From: a virus
Reading direction: 5' to 3' (one strand)
IMG/VR virus record: IMGVR_UViG_3300023174_000102
Location: 1 to 64,000 of that record
DNA: 64,000 nucleotides
How positions within the stretch are numbered: the first letter of the stretch is position 1; each line of letters opens with the position of its first letter. Position numbers and translations under genes: made by a program. The notes beneath the pieces were generated by a model that saw only the letters and a program-made list of their open reading frames with translations, ran no database searches and was not told the DNA's origin. Below are positions 58,515 to 64,000 of the stretch, piece by piece.

Positions 58515-58733
58515 ATGAGCGAAGAATTTGAAGAGATCCTGAAGGACATTCAAAACATAGAGTCAGATTTTGATGAGTTTGAGATTTGGCTTAACAATGG
58601 AATTGAGCGGGGATGGGTAACAGAACCATTCTGTAATACTCATGAAGGAGATCCTTACATGACAGATGAAGAGCAGCAAGAGTGGGAAGAAGGCGGAGAC
58701 CCATGCCAAGTAGTTTTAAAAATCAAACAATAA
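58515..58733 (+). CDS. Small acidic hypothetical protein
   Basis: WLNNGIERGWVTEPFCNTHEGDP...WEEGGDPC. Confidence 0.7.
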   Translation: MSEEFEEILKDIQNIESDFDEFEIWLNNGIERGWVTEPFCNTHEGDPYMTDEEQQEWEEGGDPCQVVLKIKQ

Positions 58734-58753
58734 ACAATAATAAGGAGAAAACA

Positions 58754-59629
58754 ATGAAGAAAGTACTACTAGCACTACTATCAGTTACCATTGCATTTAC
58801 AGCAATGCAGCCATCACAAGCAGAAGATCAAAAGGTTTTAGCAATCATTGACTCTGCTATTGATTCTACAAAGTTTAACTCAATCATATATGAGGCTTGC
58901 TTTACAACAGTAAAGAGCATGTCTTGCCCTAATGGTCAGTTATTTATGGAAGGACCAAAGTCAGCATCAGCACCTTGGCCAATGCAGACAAATGGAGTCA
59001 ACTTTGATGTCAATAACGCAACTTTTCATGGGGATGCTATGGTTAAGTCCGCTTTGACAGTAAATCCAAACCTAAAGATTGTCTTTATTCGATTTAATGA
59101 TGTTACAACCACTGGAAATTCAAGAGGAGATGTAGCAGCACTTCGTATGGCTTTTGATTGGGTAACAAAGAATGCATCAAAGTATAGCATTGATGCTGTT
59201 TCCATTAGCCAGTCTTCAGTTAGTGCAGGAAATCTAGCACTATGTTCAACAGATACAACTATTATTAAGTCTGTTGCATCTTTAAACTTGCAAAATATTC
59301 CAGTTTTTGTTGCAACTGGTAACGACAGTCGAAAAGATATTATCGGATTTCCATCATGTGTTAAGGGTGTAGTTCCAGTCGGAGCACTTGCAAATGAAAC
59401 TCAACTTGAGAAAGCAACTAACAGTGGTCCTGGACTTTCAATGGTTTCACCTGGCAAGGTAAGCATCACAAAGTACAATGGATCTTCAACAGATACTGCT
59501 GGAAGTTCTGTAGCAACTGTAGTATCTGCAGCATCATATGTAAATCGCAATACCTTTAAAACTTTTGGAGAATATCTATCATCTCTTCCAAAGATTTTAA
59601 TTGGGACAGCATCATATATCCGTAATTAA
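58754..59629 (+). CDS. Secreted subtilisin-like (S8) serine peptidase
   Basis: TAAGGAG RBS; signal peptide ending SQA; AIIDSAI (Asp), FHGDAM (His), ATGND (oxyanion Asn), AGSSVAT (Ser). Confidence 0.78.
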   Translation: MKKVLLALLSVTIAFTAMQPSQAEDQKVLAIIDSAIDSTKFNSIIYEACFTTVKSMSCPNGQLFMEGPKSASAPWPMQTNGVNFDVNNATFHGDAMVKSALTVNPNLKIVFIRFNDVTTTGNSRGDVAALRMAFDWVTKNASKYSIDAVSISQSSVSAGNLALCSTDTTIIKSVASLNLQNIPVFVATGNDSRKDIIGFPSCVKGVVPVGALANETQLEKATNSGPGLSMVSPGKVSITKYNGSSTDTAGSSVATVVSAASYVNRNTFKTFGEYLSSLPKILIGTASYIRN

Positions 59630-59664
59630 ATAATAGTCCTAGGCATGACTTTAAACTGCCCCAT

Positions 59665-59737
59665 TGCCCTATAACTCAGTTGGTAGAGTGCCGAACTGTT
59701 AATTCGGATGTCCCTGGATCGAGGCCAGGTGGGGCAG
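59665..59737 (+). tRNA. tRNA-Asn (GTT)
   Basis: Cloverleaf: acceptor TGCCCTA/TGGGGCA, D stem ACTC/GAGT, anticodon stem CCGAA/TTCGG with loop CTGTTAA, T stem CCTGG/CCAGG, discriminator G; CCA not encoded. Confidence 0.9.
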
Positions 59738-59797
59738 CAACAGTAGTGTATAATTGTTATATCAATATGCAACAACATAGAATAAAGGAGATAGGCA

Positions 59798-60463
59798 ATG
59801 CTAAATACCAATGGGACTGCTATACAAAGTAACAGACCACATAAGTTTTTTGAAAGATATCTAGATAATGATCTAGATGAACTTGCTAAATTTTTAGAAG
59901 TAAAGTATCAACTAATTAAGGATGCACAACTTCGTGGTGTTAGCACAATGGAAAATGATGAAGGAGTATGGCTAGAGTCTGGAAGTTTATCAACTGTAAA
60001 GTGGAGAGAGTACAATGTGTTTCAACTTTATCATCCATCTCTACATAAGTTATACTCAGAATTATCAAGTACAGTCAAAGAAGCATGTCTTTACTATGGT
60101 GTAGACTTTGAAAAACAGCAATACTATGTTCAGGGTTGGTTTAACATTAATGAATCAGGCAATGGAAAACTTAACTGGCACGATCATGGGGCTCCAGGTG
60201 CTCCTAATTTTCATGGATATTACTGTGTAAAGGCCGAACCATCAACCACATACTATAGACTTTTTGGTGATCCAAACAGGGAAGTTGCAAATCATAATAT
60301 TGATAATAGAATGATTGTTTCAGAAATGGGTCATCCACACGCTCAGGGTGATTGGGACTGGCCTGGATCAAGAATTACAGTTGCTTATGATATTCAGCCT
60401 CTTAAGTCTCTCTTGAACGCTGGTCGTCACACAATAGAACAGCATTGGATACCATTACTTTAA
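59798..60463 (+). CDS. Putative 2OG-Fe(II) oxygenase/cupin-fold protein
   Basis: WFNIN...WHDH...FHGYYCV...HPH...RITVAYDI double-stranded beta-helix pattern. Confidence 0.7.
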   Translation: MLNTNGTAIQSNRPHKFFERYLDNDLDELAKFLEVKYQLIKDAQLRGVSTMENDEGVWLESGSLSTVKWREYNVFQLYHPSLHKLYSELSSTVKEACLYYGVDFEKQQYYVQGWFNINESGNGKLNWHDHGAPGAPNFHGYYCVKAEPSTTYYRLFGDPNREVANHNIDNRMIVSEMGHPHAQGDWDWPGSRITVAYDIQPLKSLLNAGRHTIEQHWIPLL

Positions 60464-60464
60464 A

Positions 60465-60551
60465 ATGAAAAAAATAATTAAAATTATAAGGTACTACATT
60501 ATTAAAAGAAAAATTAAAAAAAACCCTATAGATAATGACTTTATATATTAA
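60465..60551 (+). CDS. 28-aa basic peptide ending FIY, upstream of carbamoyltransferase (absent from ORF track)
   Basis: MKKIIKIIRYYIIKRKIKKNPIDNDFIY fills the intergenic gap exactly. Confidence 0.55.
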   Translation: MKKIIKIIRYYIIKRKIKKNPIDNDFIY

Positions 60552-60562
60552 TTTGGAGAGAC

Positions 60563-62005
60563 ATGATAATTCTTGGTATTAATGAAACTACACATGACGC
60601 TTCAGTATCTTTGATTAAAGATGGAGAAATACTTTTTGCTGGTCATTCCGAAAGATATAGCAAACAAAAAAATGACTGGTTCACAAACAAAGAACTTATC
60701 AAAAATGCGATTCAGTATGGCTACCCAGATCAGATTGCCTATTACGAGAAGCCTTTACTTAAGAAACTTAGAGTAAAGACTAGGGGTGGATTTGGTGGAG
60801 ACAAGCCATGGTTTGAGTCTACAGAACTTGGGGACCTGCCAAGAAAAAATTTTGGTCACCACTACTCTCATGCCTCAGCGGGATACTATACAAGTTCTTT
60901 TCATGATGCCGTTATTGTTGTACTTGATGCCATAGGAGAGTTTAATACATCTACAATTTGGGTTGGTGAAGGAGAAAAGATTAAACTAAAATATAAACAA
61001 AACTATCCAGTTAGTTTTGGTCTTTTCTACTCAGCATTTACACAACTTATCGGACTTATGCCAAACCAAGAAGAATACATTATGATGGGTATGGCAGCAT
61101 ACGGTGACTGGCGCAGATACTATAAAGAAGTTGACGAATATTTCCCTAAATATAATAAGCAAAAATACAACTTCCATAAAGGCATCCATGACTGGGGCAT
61201 GCCAATAACAGAGCAAGATAAATTTGATATTGCTGCTGCAGTCCAGGTTGTTTACGAACAAAGACTAAATGATTTTATGCATATGGCCTATTCAATTACT
61301 GGGAAAAAGAATTTAGTCTTCATGGGTGGTTGTGCGCTCAACTCATCAGCAAACACTTTGCTATGGAATATATTTGACATGGTTTGGATCATGCCAAACC
61401 CAGGTGATGCTGGATCATCATTAGGTGCAGCAGCAGCCCTGTACGGAAAGCATATCAACTGGAAGACCCCATACCTTGGCTATGATCTTGGCGGAGAATA
61501 CCCAGTCCAGCAAATTGTGGACGGTATATTGAAAGATGGAATCGTAGCAGTAGCATCAGGCAGAGCAGAGTATGGACCAAGAGCGCTAGGCAATAGAAGT
61601 ATCCTTGCGGACCCAAGAGATCCAAATATTAAGGACAAGGTTAATTTAATTAAACAGAGAGAGTTGTTTAGACCTTTTGCTCCAGTAGTTTTGGAAGAAT
61701 GTGCATCTACGTGGTTTGACATGGACTTTGCAAGTCCCTATATGCAGTATACAGTTAAGTGTCTTAAGCCAGAAAAAATTCCATCCGTTGTTCACGCTGA
61801 TGGGACATCTAGAGTTCAAACAGTAAATAGAGATCAACATAGGGGTTTGTATAGAGTTTTAAATAAGTTTTATGTTGAAACTGGTGTTCCAGTACTGCTC
61901 AATACTAGTCTTAACATAAAAGGTCAGCCACTACTTAATGATGAAACAGACATCATTAAATGGGAAAAAGAATACCTTACAAAAATTATTGGACCAAATT
62001 TATGA
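60563..62005 (+). CDS. Carbamoyltransferase (NodU/CmcH/TobZ family)
   Basis: ILGIN..HDASV, ERYSKQK, HHYSHA, DAIGE, MMGMAAYG, GGCALN, PGDAG, EYGPRALGNRSILADP, FRPFAP, HADGTSRVQTV, LLNTSLN. Confidence 0.95.
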   Translation: MIILGINETTHDASVSLIKDGEILFAGHSERYSKQKNDWFTNKELIKNAIQYGYPDQIAYYEKPLLKKLRVKTRGGFGGDKPWFESTELGDLPRKNFGHHYSHASAGYYTSSFHDAVIVVLDAIGEFNTSTIWVGEGEKIKLKYKQNYPVSFGLFYSAFTQLIGLMPNQEEYIMMGMAAYGDWRRYYKEVDEYFPKYNKQKYNFHKGIHDWGMPITEQDKFDIAAAVQVVYEQRLNDFMHMAYSITGKKNLVFMGGCALNSSANTLLWNIFDMVWIMPNPGDAGSSLGAAAALYGKHINWKTPYLGYDLGGEYPVQQIVDGILKDGIVAVASGRAEYGPRALGNRSILADPRDPNIKDKVNLIKQRELFRPFAPVVLEECASTWFDMDFASPYMQYTVKCLKPEKIPSVVHADGTSRVQTVNRDQHRGLYRVLNKFYVETGVPVLLNTSLNIKGQPLLNDETDIIKWEKEYLTKIIGPNL

Positions 62006-62910
62006 AAGAACACAAAGAACTAACACAGTACCTAATGAGGAAGATTGTAAAGAAAAAGAACACTCATGCACTTTTTTTTAATGAAATAGACAGTGTTGTA
62101 AGACAAAAAGAAGAAGAGTTTTTAATTTATGGTGAATTGCTCAGAGAAGATTATGACCAGGATGATAGCGTAAGATATTATTTTAACTCTTTAGGTTATC
62201 GCTCAGATGAGTTTACAAATTATCATGATGGACAACATATATTATTTGCTGGTTGTTCAGAAACAGAGGGTCAGGGTGGTAACTTGGAATCTTTGTGGGC
62301 CCACATGGTGTATAAAAAACTTTCTGAGACAAAAAAAATATCTGGATTCTTTAACTTGTCAAGAGGAGGCTGGGGACACGACATAATTATCTCAAATATA
62401 ATCGAGTATATTAAAAGATATGGAAAGCCAGATAAGATTTATATATTGTTCCCAAATCTTTCAAGAGACTTTGATTGGCAAGGTCTTGAACATAACGAAG
62501 AGTTGTACTATTATTCAATAAAGACTACATTTTTTAGTAAAAAACAATTTATTTTATCAGATGGTACAGTAAGACAAAAACAAAAGTTAAAGGAGCAAAG
62601 AGATTTAGTAACCAAGTTTATAAACTTGATAAAACTATTTGAAGAATATTGTGCTTCAAACAACATAGAACTAATTTGGTCAACATACTCTATACCTGAT
62701 GGCAAAAACTATAAAAACCTAAATGTTTTTAACAATTTTATTGAGATGTTGGATGCTGATGAAATTATTTCTAAAAGCAAAAAATTGTTTAAAGAAGAAC
62801 TGTACAATAAAAAAAATATAATAAACAAAAGAGATGGTCATCAAGGATATATTTTTCACTACCACTGGGCACAAAAATTTTTAGGTTTATCAACAGAACA
62901 AAGACTATAG
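62002..62910 (+). CDS. SGNH/GDSL-like hydrolase or acyltransferase, paralog 1
   Basis: YYFNSLGYRSDEF, ILFAGCSETEG, FNLSRGGWG, C-terminal RDGHQG...HYHWA; ATG 62002 coupled to the previous stop. Confidence 0.65.
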   Translation: MKEHKELTQYLMRKIVKKKNTHALFFNEIDSVVRQKEEEFLIYGELLREDYDQDDSVRYYFNSLGYRSDEFTNYHDGQHILFAGCSETEGQGGNLESLWAHMVYKKLSETKKISGFFNLSRGGWGHDIIISNIIEYIKRYGKPDKIYILFPNLSRDFDWQGLEHNEELYYYSIKTTFFSKKQFILSDGTVRQKQKLKEQRDLVTKFINLIKLFEEYCASNNIELIWSTYSIPDGKNYKNLNVFNNFIEMLDADEIISKSKKLFKEELYNKKNIINKRDGHQGYIFHYHWAQKFLGLSTEQRL

Positions 62911-62918
62911 GATAAATA

Positions 62919-63803
62919 ATGCAAGAATATATAATGAAAAAAATTTCAGAATCTAATAATATGAACGCATTGTTTTTTAATAAAATAGATAGCATTGTGA
63001 GATCAAAAGAAGAAGAGTTTTTAATAAATAGTGAAAAAATATTGCCAGAATTTATGGGAGACGATAACGTAAGATATTACTTTAATTCTTTAGGTTTTCG
63101 TTCAGATGAGTTTTTAGAAACTCATATAGGTAAGCATATACTCTTTGCTGGCTGTTCAGAAACAGAAGGATTTGGTGGCAGTTTAGAAGACTGTTGGTCT
63201 CATATGGTGTATACAGAAATCTGCAAAACAGAAAAAATATCTGGATTCTTTAATCTATCAAGGGCTGGTTGGGGAAATGAAATAATAATAGCAAATATAA
63301 TTCAGTATATTAGCAGGTACGGTAAACCAGATAAAATTTACATGCTTCTACCAAATCTTTCAAGAATGTTTGAATACGTTGGACAAGAAGAAGGCCTAGA
63401 AATATATCGGCACACACAACTAACCCCCTATTGGTCAAAAAAGGAGGTAGAAGGAAATAATGGAGAAAAAAGAAAAAGGCAGACCATAGAGCATCAAAGA
63501 AACATAATTCCATCATTTGTAATTTTAATGAAACTCTTTGAAGAATATTGCATTTCTAATAATATAAAATTGGTATGGGCAACTTGGGCACAAGAAGATG
63601 GAGAAAACTATAAAGGTTTAAATGTTTTTAATAGTTTTATCAAACTTCCAGACCATGCAGATGTAATTTTGGAAAGTAAAAATTTTCTTACCAAAGATAA
63701 AGAAAAAAGAAAGCACTTACTAAAAAAAAGAGACGGACACCACGGTTACCTATATCACTACATGTGGGCACAAACATTTTTGGGTCTGCTTGAAACAAAG
63801 TAA
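62919..63803 (+). CDS. SGNH/GDSL-like hydrolase or acyltransferase, paralog 2
   Basis: Same motifs as paralog 1 (FAGCSETEG, FNLSRAGWG, RDGHHG...HYMWA). Confidence 0.65.
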   Translation: MQEYIMKKISESNNMNALFFNKIDSIVRSKEEEFLINSEKILPEFMGDDNVRYYFNSLGFRSDEFLETHIGKHILFAGCSETEGFGGSLEDCWSHMVYTEICKTEKISGFFNLSRAGWGNEIIIANIIQYISRYGKPDKIYMLLPNLSRMFEYVGQEEGLEIYRHTQLTPYWSKKEVEGNNGEKRKRQTIEHQRNIIPSFVILMKLFEEYCISNNIKLVWATWAQEDGENYKGLNVFNSFIKLPDHADVILESKNFLTKDKEKRKHLLKKRDGHHGYLYHYMWAQTFLGLLETK

Positions 63804-63818
63804 TACTAATGATATAAT
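63790..63818 (+). promoter_or_regulatory. sigma70/SigA-type promoter
   Basis: TTGAAA, 17 nt, TATAAT with TG extension. Confidence 0.7.
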
Positions 63819-63846
63819 ATATATAAGCCTATAGGAGGAAATAAAC

Positions 63847-64000
63847 ATGGCAGCAAAAGGATCACTAGAAGCAATCATTGAGGTTGCAAAGAAGGAAGTG
63901 GGCACAATTGAAGGCCCAAAGGATAATGAAACAAAGTACGGCGCTTGGATTAAGGTAAACTTCCAACCATGGTGCCAGTCATTCGTTTCTTGGTCAGCAT
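63847..64000 (+). CDS. Endolysin, CHAP-like amidase; truncated by window end
   Basis: AGGAGG RBS; AKKEVGTIEGPKDNETKYG...QPWCQSFVSW catalytic-Cys motif. Confidence 0.8.
   Translation, partial: MAAKGSLEAIIEVAKKEVGTIEGPKDNETKYGAWIKVNFQPWCQSFVSWSA

Noticed and set aside
59737-59797. HDV-like (theta) ribozyme after the tRNA
   Set aside because: The 60-nt downstream region is AT-rich with a -10 element and RBS; no nested double pseudoknot could be built
472-63516. Many minus-strand and off-frame plus-strand ORFs in the track (e.g. 2561..3061, 54424..55062, 56330..56869)
   Set aside because: They lie within well-supported genes and are shadows of GCA/ACA-rich codon bias (Gln/Leu-rich or Ala/Val/Ser-rich), with no RBS or motifs
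1-64000. Alternative genetic code or prophage/host boundary
   Set aside because: Genes are full length in the standard code and TAA, TAG and TGA all serve as stops; no integrase or host housekeeping block is present

Overview
A 64-kb segment of a large, AT-rich tailed dsDNA phage with siphovirus-type morphogenesis genes. Gene content (DnaE, RecA, DnaB/DnaG, Cas4-like and RuvC-like nucleases, class II RNR, terminase placed after the replication block) resembles large actinobacterial siphoviruses, so a low-GC freshwater Actinobacteria host is plausible but inferred. All credible genes are on the + strand. Order: repeat-rich tail-fibre/appendage cluster (1-7723), an accessory gene and nrdJ, a large virion protein, portal, protease/scaffold, capsid, head-tail and tail genes with a 2607-aa tape measure, minor tail genes, replication/recombination module, terminase, a block of secreted/membrane proteins and proteases, tRNA-Asn, a 2OG-oxygenase/carbamoyltransferase/SGNH-like block, and the start of a CHAP-like endolysin. 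The best candidate for a new system is an FN3-domain protein carrying a 21-unit (F-G/S-A) tripeptide array fused directly to an atypical Ser-initiated Hint domain lacking the terminal His-Asn, next to an uncharacterised enzyme-like gene. Other highlights: tail chaperones made by gene duplication instead of frameshifting, a probable AUA-initiated secreted PA14 protein, a nuclease-like insert in the tape measure, a promoter-spanning hairpin that can hide an RBS, pervasive leaderless genes, and a pseudoknot abutting an atypical tRNA. All calls come from reading motifs by eye; no database searches were run.
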